Positions 19,426 to 28,925 of a DNA stretch of 64,000 bases are shown piece by piece (position 1 is the first letter of the stretch; every line of letters begins with the position of its first letter). Under the pieces are notes generated by a model. The model did not search any database. It had not been told where the DNA came from and was given only the letters and a program-made list of their open reading frames with translations. The DNA lies in the IMG/VR virus record IMGVR_UViG_2811995030_000001, positions 32,001-96,000 of that record, one strand, 5' to 3'. A program made the translations under genes and the position numbers. The stretch is from a virus. Taxonomy: Duplodnaviria > Caudoviricetes.

Positions 19426-20498
19426 AGCAAAGTAAAGCTATCCCCCTAGCCACTTTATCCGCTTTCCCTTTTGTACTTAACCCAACCAAGGCAAGTGCAG
19501 AAGGGATAAAGGATAAACTAGACGAAGCTAACAATATTATTGACATACTGAATAAAGGATACAACGGAATTGATGAAATGAAGCATAAATTAGAAGCATT
19601 CACAGAAACAGCAATACGAGTGAGTGAGTTCTTTACTAATTTGCCATTTCACATTATGCAAGGATCGGTTCTACTTATCACAAAGGTTTATGAATTACTC
19701 TCATCCTTCATTCTTTACACACCTGTTTATCTATTTCAAAACGATGCAGTGAAAGCAGTAGTTGAACAATTAACTACAGGTTCTATTTACGGACTAATCC
19801 TGTTGACTATGTTTGAAGGTATAAAGATGATTGTCAGAAAGAAGTATACTCCCCCAAGTAAGATTGTTCAGCGAAGTGTTATCTCTATGTTAGCAACAAG
19901 TTCAAGTTTATTCTTATTCTCACAAGGATTTACACTTGTCAATCAACTTTCACAAGGAATCTTTCAACTAGGGCAACAGTCAATGGGAGAAGGGGCTTCT
20001 AAAGCACTTGCCAATGTAAACCCTGATCCAATCTCTCTAATTTTCATGGTTCTTTTTGATATTGTTCTATTGATATTCTCTTGCGTCCTATTTACACAAA
20101 CGGGAACAAGATGGTATAAAACTATCAATTTAGCTATCATGAGTCCCTTGGTGATGACAGCATGGGTATTTGATAAGCACCAAAATATCTTTAATAAGTG
20201 GTGGAGAGAAGTTAAGAGGATTGGAATTGTTCAAATCGTTTATGCAATAGAACTAATGATAATTGGAATCCTAATATTTGCAACTCAGGGATCAGTAGGA
20301 ACAAAAGCCTTATTAATTAAGCTTTGCCTAAATATCGGGGCGCTGAACGCTCTAATTAAGCAACCGAAAATTGTAAATGAGTATATTGGCAAACAGGAGT
20401 CTATGGGGGATATGTGGAAAAGTATGAGTTCAAGTTTCATTCAGTTAAAAACAGGGATCAACCTCAAGAAGTTAGGAAAAATGAAACTGAAAAAGTGA
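19404..20498 (+). CDS. Polytopic membrane protein (VirB6/TrbL-like topology)
   Basis: Several hydrophobic segments, SPLVMTAWVF...FNKWW pattern; likely TTG start at 19404 after AGGAGG. Confidence 0.55.
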   Translation: MVLNDKVKQSKAIPLATLSAFPFVLNPTKASAEGIKDKLDEANNIIDILNKGYNGIDEMKHKLEAFTETAIRVSEFFTNLPFHIMQGSVLLITKVYELLSSFILYTPVYLFQNDAVKAVVEQLTTGSIYGLILLTMFEGIKMIVRKKYTPPSKIVQRSVISMLATSSSLFLFSQGFTLVNQLSQGIFQLGQQSMGEGASKALANVNPDPISLIFMVLFDIVLLIFSCVLFTQTGTRWYKTINLAIMSPLVMTAWVFDKHQNIFNKWWREVKRIGIVQIVYAIELMIIGILIFATQGSVGTKALLIKLCLNIGALNALIKQPKIVNEYIGKQESMGDMWKSMSSSFIQLKTGINLKKLGKMKLKK

Positions 20499-20510
20499 GC
20501 GTGATGACTT

Positions 20511-22739
20511 GTGAATAGATTCTTAAAAAAGCAGAAGCTAAATTATGATAATTTGAGTCGGATAGAGTATAATCTATCTAACTTCGATTCTAAGGTATCT
20601 AGCGTTCTCTCTGAATCGTTTAAATTCGATTCGAGTATAATTAGTCTCGAAACTCTTAAAATTGATTCTGAGCAATTCTGGAACGTTTCAGTACCATGTC
20701 ATTATAAAGGGGTATTTCATGAGAGGGATATAGGAGAGGAATTACCCTTTGATTTTAGCTCAGATTCCCTTGTACTGCAAGTTAAATCCACTCAGCCTAG
20801 CTTTCTACCTTTCTATGCAAAAGACCAGCTCAGCCTATTTGAAGACTTGAATAGACTGTATGTAGAAGGAGAGATATTTACTCAACTCTTATTAATTAAA
20901 CGCACCAAGGCTTACAATGAATTGCTCATTGAGCTGTACGAGAACTATCTAAATGGGAATGACATTGCTACAACTAACAAGATACTTAATGCTATGCAAA
21001 CGAGAATACTAAGAAAGTTAGGTAATATTGTTCAAGAAAACTTTGAGCGCACACCTGACACCGATATAGAAGACAAAGTAACAGACTCCCTTTATGAGTA
21101 TGAGTGGAGGATTGTTATTAACTCTAAATTCTATAAAACATTACTCCCTGAGATTGAAGAAATCTTAAAGCAAGCAGATTTTCATAATCAATTTGAGCTT
21201 CAGACTATGAAAAAGTTTAATATTGACCTTATACGCAATAGAACATTCTCCAATACTTCTCATCTACAAGTATTTTCCCAAAAGGAGCTAGATACATTGT
21301 TCCTATCGACCTCAAATATCCCAGAAGTTGAAACAAAGCCTATTCCTGTGATTGAAAAAGTAGATAAAGAGCATCCTATACACCTTTTACCTGATCCAGA
21401 AGTTAAAAAAGAGCGTGAAAGAGATGAAAGTGAGCTTAAAACGATGCTATCCAATGCTTTGAGGCGTGTAAAAGCTACAAATAACACAAAAATACAATAC
21501 ATCGAGATAGAACAAGGTGTAACTGTTGAGAGAATTGTCATGAAAATCCCTAAAGATACGAATTTCACCAACATACAGAAGAAATTAGTTGATTTACAGG
21601 CACAAACAGGAACGGATATGAACATTGAGCGTGGTAAAGAGCCTGATACAGTGACATTTTTGATTCCTTGTGAGCAAAGAGAGGTGGTTTATCTTAAAGA
21701 ATTGTTGCAGAATGAGGAATTTCTACAGTTTGCACAAGATAACCCTTTACCATTTGTAGCAGGGGTGGATATGTATAATAAGCCCCTCTACCGTTGCCTA
21801 ACAAAAGCCCCCCATCTATTAGTAGCTGGAGCAACTGGTGGAGGAAAGAGTGTATTTATCAATGCTCTGCTTATTACTTTGATACTTACTAAATCACCTG
21901 AGCAATTGAGATTATACTTAATTGATCCTAAGCATATAGAGTTAGAGCAGTATAAAGGAATTTCTCACGTAGAAGATGTGATTACAGATATGAAGAAGGC
22001 TTATAATATCTTAGAGTCATTGGTTATTGAAATGGATAAACGCTATGAACTTATGGCTAAAAACAAATGTAAAAGTATTAAAGCGTTTAACAAAAAGTCA
22101 GGAAAGTATATGCCCTATATTGTAGTTGTGGTTGATGAATATAACGACTTGAAGATGGTTTCTTCTGAGGTTGAGAGCCAAGTTGAACGATTGGGGCAGA
22201 AAGCGAGAGGATGTGGAATACATCTTATCCTAGCTACTCAAAAGCCATCTGCTGATGTATTAACGGGAACACTTAAAGCGAATCTGCCTTCAAGAATAAG
22301 TTTTAAACTATCTACCTCTTCCGACTATAAGACTGTTTTTGGAAAGGGTATTCCTTATAATTTATTAGGTAAAGGGGACGGTGTGTTGAGTTATGACGGA
22401 CAGATGGAGGATTATATACGCCTACAATCGCCTGTAATCACTCTGAATGAAGACGAAGAGGAAATGGTCTATGAGAAGATTCAAAGCCTTTACAGAGGAA
22501 AATATGAAGAATTAGAGCTATCTGAACCTGAGAGTCTCCTAGACAAAATGAAAAGGATAATTGCTAATACGAATGAGACTAGAGTTGGAGAGCTAAGAAA
22601 GCAAATGAAAATACGGATAAATGACGTACAGGACTTAATGCAACAACTTGTAGATGAGAAATGGTTAACTAAAGAAGATGGGAAGAGAGGTTATCAGCTT
22701 ATTGCAACTGAAGAAGAACTATCACAGTGGAGAGATTAA
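20511..22739 (+). CDS. FtsK/SpoIIIE-family DNA translocase ATPase
   Basis: PHLLVAGATGGGKS, LIDPK, VVVDE, ARGCGIHLILATQKP, RISF, LLGKGD; C-terminal wHTH; no evident N-terminal TM. Confidence 0.92.
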   Translation: MNRFLKKQKLNYDNLSRIEYNLSNFDSKVSSVLSESFKFDSSIISLETLKIDSEQFWNVSVPCHYKGVFHERDIGEELPFDFSSDSLVLQVKSTQPSFLPFYAKDQLSLFEDLNRLYVEGEIFTQLLLIKRTKAYNELLIELYENYLNGNDIATTNKILNAMQTRILRKLGNIVQENFERTPDTDIEDKVTDSLYEYEWRIVINSKFYKTLLPEIEEILKQADFHNQFELQTMKKFNIDLIRNRTFSNTSHLQVFSQKELDTLFLSTSNIPEVETKPIPVIEKVDKEHPIHLLPDPEVKKERERDESELKTMLSNALRRVKATNNTKIQYIEIEQGVTVERIVMKIPKDTNFTNIQKKLVDLQAQTGTDMNIERGKEPDTVTFLIPCEQREVVYLKELLQNEEFLQFAQDNPLPFVAGVDMYNKPLYRCLTKAPHLLVAGATGGGKSVFINALLITLILTKSPEQLRLYLIDPKHIELEQYKGISHVEDVITDMKKAYNILESLVIEMDKRYELMAKNKCKSIKAFNKKSGKYMPYIVVVVDEYNDLKMVSSEVESQVERLGQKARGCGIHLILATQKPSADVLTGTLKANLPSRISFKLSTSSDYKTVFGKGIPYNLLGKGDGVLSYDGQMEDYIRLQSPVITLNEDEEEMVYEKIQSLYRGKYEELELSEPESLLDKMKRIIANTNETRVGELRKQMKIRINDVQDLMQQLVDEKWLTKEDGKRGYQLIATEEELSQWRD

Positions 22740-22802
22740 TTTCTTTCCACTTTTTTGTTTACATTAACATAAATAAATTATATAATATAAAAAGATTAAA
22801 AC

Positions 22803-23477
22803 ATGTATTCAAAAGGAGATGATGTTTATTTGTTTAAGATTCAGATGCCTAACAGTGTTATTAGAGACAGTGAGTTTAGTTCCGCTTCTTTTTACGTCTT
22901 AGCTAAGTTTATTCAAAGGTTCTATGTACAGAAACAATCTACAACTACATTCCAGTTAGACCATAAGCAATTTATGTATTACGCAGGGATTAAGAGTAAT
23001 CAAGGCTTTAAGAAGATTTTAAATGAATTATATGAGAGAGGAGTTATTAAGAATAAAATTGATACATTACCCAGAAAGGAATTATTAACGATAGAGTTTA
23101 ATGCAGAATGGTGTGATGAACAAGGAAAGCCGTTTGCTCAGCTACCTTATACTATACTTAGTAAGGAACTGTTAGATTTAATTGGCTATCAGGGAGTACG
23201 ATTATTGTTTTACTTTAGATCATACATAAGAAACACCGCCCATCATTTCTGTTTTACCTCTCAGGAAACTATAGCTACCGAAACAGATATGACAGAGAAC
23301 ACAATTACTAAATACACTAAGATACTTAAAGATAATAAATTAATTAGAGTAAGTAAACATGTTTTAACCGCTACCTATAGTTACGAAGAGGATGAATTTA
23401 ATAATTCAAAAATGGAATTTAAAAAGTACAATAATCACTATTTTTTAGACATCGAAAAGTTGAAAAAATTTAAGTGA
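22803..23477 (+). CDS. Replication-initiator-like winged-helix protein
   Basis: CFTSQETIATETDMTENTITKYTKILKDNKLI HTH typical of phage/plasmid Rep proteins; followed by direct repeats. Confidence 0.6.
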   Translation: MYSKGDDVYLFKIQMPNSVIRDSEFSSASFYVLAKFIQRFYVQKQSTTTFQLDHKQFMYYAGIKSNQGFKKILNELYERGVIKNKIDTLPRKELLTIEFNAEWCDEQGKPFAQLPYTILSKELLDLIGYQGVRLLFYFRSYIRNTAHHFCFTSQETIATETDMTENTITKYTKILKDNKLIRVSKHVLTATYSYEEDEFNNSKMEFKKYNNHYFLDIEKLKKFK

Positions 23478-23534
23478 AAAATAGAGTAAAAATAACCCCA
23501 AATTGCTAATGCTTTTTTAGCGATTTGTAATACT

Positions 23535-23652
23535 ATATCTTTATATATCTTTTATATCTTTATATATAATCTAACTAGACCTCAAATTATCTTACATAAT
23601 TTGCGGTTGTATCTTAAATGATTTGCGGTTGTATCTTAAATGATTTGCGGTT
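23535..23652 (+). repeat. AT-rich TATATCTTT repeats plus three 22-bp direct repeats (iterons); putative origin
   Basis: TATCTTA(C/A)AT(A/G)ATTTGCGGTT(G) at 23588, 23610, 23632. Confidence 0.75.
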
Positions 23653-23743
23653 AGGTGAAAAAGTGGGGTAAATTTAAGGTGAAAATTAAGGCTATTTTTT
23701 ACTCTAAAATGAGCTGCTAAAATGACATAAATTTTGATGAGAT

Positions 23744-23769
23744 GGAGTGGTGAAAACTACTCCTTTTTT
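23744..23769 (+). terminator. Intrinsic terminator
   Basis: GGAGTGGT-GAAA-ACTACTCC followed by TTTTTT. Confidence 0.7.
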
Positions 23770-23823
23770 GTGTGCAATTTTGTGGTAGAATATTTACTTG
23801 TGATTAAAAGGAGAGATGACTAA

Positions 23824-24000
23824 ATGGAAAATGAAACTCCATATTATGAAGATAAAAGCAAAGTATATGACATAATTAAATATCCTGATCGCATTAGTGG
23901 AAGATGTGATGACTGTGGAGAAGCTAAATTTAGCAGTAGAATAGAGGATAGGAAGCTAGTAAGAAAGTGTAAAAAGTGTGGATTGCAGAAAAGTATTTAA
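23824..24000 (+). CDS. Small zinc-ribbon protein (58 aa), not in the ORF track
   Basis: AAGGAGAG RBS; CDDCG...CKKCG. Confidence 0.7.
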   Translation: MENETPYYEDKSKVYDIIKYPDRISGRCDDCGEAKFSSRIEDRKLVRKCKKCGLQKSI

Positions 24001-26100
24001 TCGTAAAAGGTAGAGTTCATATAGTCTGATGGACATTTTTAGGGTTAAAAAGTGGGTATCGTGAGTAATTTTAGTGTCAATCGTGCTACGATACAAATTT
24101 TAGATGAAAACTCAATAGTATCAAGGCTTAAGGTGATGTATGTCACCTTTTTTGTCGTGCTTAAATATGCTTGCATCGTAAAAACACAGTAATAGCAAGG
24201 GATTAGAGGTGATTTATAGGGTGAAAATGAACAATTTAATTTTATGCATAGAGGATAAAGTCAATAGTAGCAAGGGATGAACGATTGAAGGTACGATTAA
24301 AATAGGGTAAATTAGGGTGATTTTATACAGTAATATACATTAATTATGCATAAAGGATACATAGGGTAAATTGGTAATTATTTGGTATATATTAGGAGAA
24401 AATTAGAGTGGATAATTGTAAATTTAGGTGAGGTGTGGAAATGGAAGAGCTAACACTGTATATCCGATTTGTCAACTAAGTTTAGATGTAAAGTATCCCC
24501 CCTCCTTATAAATACTGGCTTAATTCTAGTGTCGTATAATTTAATTTATACAGACAATTGAAAGATGAAGTAGTTTCTTCTATAGAAGGGTAAACTTTTT
24601 CATCTGGTGTCTAATTAGGTAACAAATGGTAAATTTAAATTTTTAAAAATTATTTTGTTGCACTATTTTTTGAATGAAAATTGTATAATGTGTTCGTCAT
24701 AATAATAGACTTCCAAAGCAACATGAGTTATAACTTTATCTTATCATATATTATATTATTCATAAGTATTACTTATACTATATCCTATCCACTTATCACC
24801 ATATTGTATCATCTTGCTACTCATCCACTTTATATTAATCTAATTGTATAATCAATTTATAATCTATGTACAACATATGTATAACTAACTTACTCTACTT
24901 ATCATAACCTCACCTTATCACTATTCCATTTATCCATAACTATTCCTTATATCAATCTCATATCACTGTATTACCTACTCTAGTACAGTATAACACGCTC
25001 ATTCATCCTCATCTATCCACCTTATCCTCACCTAATCTATCCTAACTGTATCACTCAATACTCATCATACTAATACAACTCACGCTAATCTGCTACATAA
25101 TATATAATACAGCATCTCATCTACTCATCTAATCTGTACCACTATATCACCTATAATATTATTACAGTTTAATCTAATGTGTATCACTCAACTATAACAG
25201 CATCACCTTACATTCCACTCACTCACACTTATTCCTCATCTATACTCAATCAATCCACCTCATATTAATCTATCCTATTATAATATAATCTCACACTGTT
25301 CACTATATACTCATCATCCTATATCACCTATCACAACTCAATCACTTATCTTATTCACATATTATATACAATATTATCCACAACTTACTCACACTATAAA
25401 CTCACTAATCATCCTGCATTATCCCATTTATCCACAATATATAATTTATATTATTTAATCTAACCTAATCACTATACACATTCACTACTCACCTGATCTA
25501 CTCTAATCAATCCTAATATTACTCATCAATTTATTATCTACATTATAATATTTCTACACGTTATAAATTTCCTACACACTAAAAAATATAAGGCCATCAT
25601 ATTATTAATCATCATCACATTACCTTATCCTATCTACATAACCTATATCTATCTTATATAATAAGTATATCTAATAACTCATCAATCACTTACTAATCAC
25701 ATTAATACATAATCAATCTACATATCATATATACTTTACCTATTCATATTATATAATCCTTATCTCTTCTATATAATGTACTCACATTCCATTCTAAGCT
25801 CACGTATCCATTAGCCTAACCTTATCCTTCATTAAATAGAAAGAAGCCATTAGAAACTAATCTAATGACTCATCTCATTATAGTATAGAGGTCTATTTCA
25901 TTACGTATTATCTCCTTACTCACTTAACTATATACATTCAATGCTCTATGCTCTTGCTTACATATATAATATAGAAAGAACATGAGCGTTAGCGAATGCA
26001 AAAATTATTTAATATTTACATCAACAAATATAAATTACATATTGAATTATTAATTGAGGTATGATATATTATAAATAGAGACAGGGAACACGTAATCAAA
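24001..26100. other. Long non-coding region with strong strand-compositional asymmetry
   Basis: No ORF of 60 aa or more in the track; G-rich/C-poor about 24000-24450, nearly G-free about 24730-25830. Confidence 0.85.
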
Positions 26101-26125
26101 TAAAACCAAATGGGAGGAATTAAAA

Positions 26126-26881
26126 ATGAAAATGAATACTATTCGTAAATGGGCTGAATCAAAAGGTTTTGGAATTGAAGAAATGGAAAACGGTGTAGTA
26201 ATCACAATTAACGGTCATGTAGCTTATAAAGTAACAACTACGAACGGCAAGAATGTTTTTCTTGAAGATGCTACAGGCTTTGCGATCCGTTACGCTTCAC
26301 AAAAACAAATTATCGATATGATTTCTCCTCAGTTTGAGGAAGTGCAATCTAACGTTGAAACTAATACAACTGAAGAAGAAGTAATTGAAGAAGTTAAAAC
26401 TCCACAAGAAAAGTTTATGAACAATGAAAAGATTACAAATGTAGAGTTCTTAGAGTTACTTAATCAATATGGAATCGAACTTAACTATTCATTAAATCAA
26501 TGGTGTGAACGTCAATTAGATGCTGTAGGACTTGGGCAGTATTCTTACAGAGCTATAGGCAAAGGTATGTTTCCTAAAGAACTTGATAGCATTGTAGAGG
26601 AGTTATATGAGGCAATTAAGGAAGCAGAAAAGAATAATAAAGAGGCTCAAGAAGCTAACGCACTCACTATTGAAGAAGCTACTACATACCTTGAGAATAA
26701 TTCATACAATGAAATCATCTTCACTCATCAATCAGTTAATAAGTTGCACTTTGTGGCCATTGATAAAGAAGATGAACTATGTAAAAAAATTGTATTTGAT
26801 AGTCTTCCTACTCATATTACTGTTAGCGAGAAAGTTAATAATGAATATAGGATTGTTGAACAAATTAATATTTCCAATTAA
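26126..26881 (+). CDS. Hypothetical early protein
   Basis: 251 aa, GGGAGG RBS, promoter-like sequence upstream. Confidence 0.8.
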   Translation: MKMNTIRKWAESKGFGIEEMENGVVITINGHVAYKVTTTNGKNVFLEDATGFAIRYASQKQIIDMISPQFEEVQSNVETNTTEEEVIEEVKTPQEKFMNNEKITNVEFLELLNQYGIELNYSLNQWCERQLDAVGLGQYSYRAIGKGMFPKELDSIVEELYEAIKEAEKNNKEAQEANALTIEEATTYLENNSYNEIIFTHQSVNKLHFVAIDKEDELCKKIVFDSLPTHITVSEKVNNEYRIVEQINISN

Positions 26882-26893
26882 ATTAATATAACA

Positions 26894-26937
26894 AAAATAA
26901 AATACATGTTGAAATTATTCGGTTTGTCCTTTATAAT
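26894..26937 (+). promoter_or_regulatory. SigA promoter with adjacent AAATAAAATACAT motif
   Basis: TTGAAA(26909)-17 bp-TATAAT(26932). Confidence 0.7.
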
Positions 26938-26982
26938 TATAAATATAAGATAACTACTTCAAAACAAAGGGGAAATGTTAAA

Positions 26983-28860
26983 ATGAATATCACTTATAAC
27001 TTAAATGAAGAGTTGAACGGAATTGAATTATTTTTCTCAGCTAAACCACAAAAAGAAGTACTAAGCAACTTAAAAGAAAATGGTTTCCGTTGGTCTAACT
27101 TTAAAAAATGTTGGTACACAAAACAATCTGAAAAAGCTTTTCAAGTTGTTAACAGCTTAGTAAGTGGAGAAGTTAAAGAAACTAAAGAGGAAAAAAATAA
27201 ACAAAATAAATTACATACAAGAAAAAATAAACAAGTAAAAACTTTAAGTTTATGGGAAGCTGCACAATGGAACGGAATGGAAGTAAATACAGACCAAGAA
27301 GCTAAAGTAATTGCAAAAGAAATTCGCGCACATATCAAGAAACGTTTTCCACAATGTAAGTTTTCTGTAACAGTTCCTTACTACGGTAAAATTAATTTCA
27401 CTATCAAATCTAGTCCATTTGAAAAAGGTTCAGTGTATTTAAACGCTGTTAAAGAATATTGCGTTAATCTTTTAAATGCTTACAGACATTGTTACAGTCC
27501 TTCTGATCCATATACAGACTATGCAGGAAGCTATAATTTTTATGGATATGTTGAAATTGATTGGGAATATACTCAAACAGCAGCAACAGAAGAAGTTGAA
27601 AAAGATATGAAAGAATTTGATGTGAAGTTTGTTGAAGCTGAAGAAGCAGCAGAAGAAAAAAGAAAGCAAGAATTCCAAGCATACATGGAGCAAAGAGAAG
27701 CAGAACAACGTGAGTATGAAAAGCAACAAGCAGAAGAAAAGAAACAAGTTGAAACTATCTATAACAATGTTGAAGTTAAAGAGTTAGACGAAACTAACCA
27801 ATATTTTATTACAGGTTCAGAATTTGCAAACTTAAACAAAAACGAAACTTTAGACCAATATAAAGAAGAAGTGCAGAACGGTGACTATTCTCTAGAAAAC
27901 GTTAAAGTTACAAAGGAAGTACATTTTAGCAGTCAAGAAGCTTTAGTAAACTTCTCAAATATGCTTTTAAATGACTTTGATTTCTTAGCTAATACTGGTG
28001 GAAGCTTCACAGAAGACAACAGAATTAATTCTATGACAGACTTCTATAACATGGATGAGTTAGAAAAACAAACAGTACAATGGAATTTATACGGTGTAGC
28101 AATCTATTTAGACGGTCAATTACAGTTTATTGTAGACGCTCAAGGGCACTCATATGCTCGTTATGTAGGTCTTACAGATAACGCAAAAGTTGAAAAGACT
28201 ATTGTATTCAATCAAGTTGTGACTGATGAAGAGAAAGAAGAGTTGACACATCAGGCTGACGTATTAGAAGACATCTCGACAGAGGTTATCTGTGAACTAA
28301 ATATCATGGATACATGGCAAAATGAAAGCTGGAAAGAGTATAAAGAAGCGATGAAAGTTAAATTTAAAGAATCCAACTTCAGCTTTACTAAGAGAGTTAT
28401 TCAACAGCTAGAGCTAGAAGAGTTGAAAGTAAGTATGTATAAGCTTCTACAGGATGTGGACAGTATACAAGACCAATTTGAAGAAGCTGACCTTTCAACA
28501 GGCGATAAGGTTACATTATTCTATATTTCTGATTGGGGTTCAATTGTAACAAGTAGAGTTACTCTTGATGAAGTAGCAAACGAAAAATATGCGCAGTATG
28601 ACAATGCTGTTAAGTTAACCTTTACACCAGAGAAGAAAAGAAAGCTACATTATAAACACTTCTATTCTGAATTGCTAGTATATAAAGGATGGCTTAACCT
28701 TCCTGATACAGTATTGCATCATGTAGAAGAAACAAACAATATGAAAGTAACAAGAAGTAAATACCATTCATGTGACCATAGACAGTATGATGAAATTCTA
28801 AACTACTTCGATCAACAAGGAATAGAGCCAATTGTGAACACTTATAAGCCTAAATTCTAA
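26983..28860 (+). CDS. Large polyvalent-type protein with LPD29-like domain
   Basis: LNGIELFFSAKP..LKENGFRWS..WY N-terminus; IAKEIRAHIKKRFPQCKFSV..SDPYTDY segment. Confidence 0.6.
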   Translation: MNITYNLNEELNGIELFFSAKPQKEVLSNLKENGFRWSNFKKCWYTKQSEKAFQVVNSLVSGEVKETKEEKNKQNKLHTRKNKQVKTLSLWEAAQWNGMEVNTDQEAKVIAKEIRAHIKKRFPQCKFSVTVPYYGKINFTIKSSPFEKGSVYLNAVKEYCVNLLNAYRHCYSPSDPYTDYAGSYNFYGYVEIDWEYTQTAATEEVEKDMKEFDVKFVEAEEAAEEKRKQEFQAYMEQREAEQREYEKQQAEEKKQVETIYNNVEVKELDETNQYFITGSEFANLNKNETLDQYKEEVQNGDYSLENVKVTKEVHFSSQEALVNFSNMLLNDFDFLANTGGSFTEDNRINSMTDFYNMDELEKQTVQWNLYGVAIYLDGQLQFIVDAQGHSYARYVGLTDNAKVEKTIVFNQVVTDEEKEELTHQADVLEDISTEVICELNIMDTWQNESWKEYKEAMKVKFKESNFSFTKRVIQQLELEELKVSMYKLLQDVDSIQDQFEEADLSTGDKVTLFYISDWGSIVTSRVTLDEVANEKYAQYDNAVKLTFTPEKKRKLHYKHFYSELLVYKGWLNLPDTVLHHVEETNNMKVTRSKYHSCDHRQYDEILNYFDQQGIEPIVNTYKPKF

Positions 28861-28925
28861 GCACTAAGCAGTTTTAACAGGTTTCTGCAAAATAAAAAAC
28901 CTGCAACATTTAGGAGGTTTTAAAC

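Noticed and set aside
18762-22739. Complete conjugative T4SS or type VII secretion system
   Set aside because: No VirB4, relaxase or WXG100 protein recognised, and the ATPase has a single FtsK domain.
23588-23652. 22-bp repeats as a CRISPR array
   Set aside because: The repeats are contiguous with no spacers and no cas genes are visible; iterons fit better.
25090-25115. Partial match to Bacillus dif (TACATAATATATA)
   Set aside because: The second arm does not match and it lies in a low-complexity tract.
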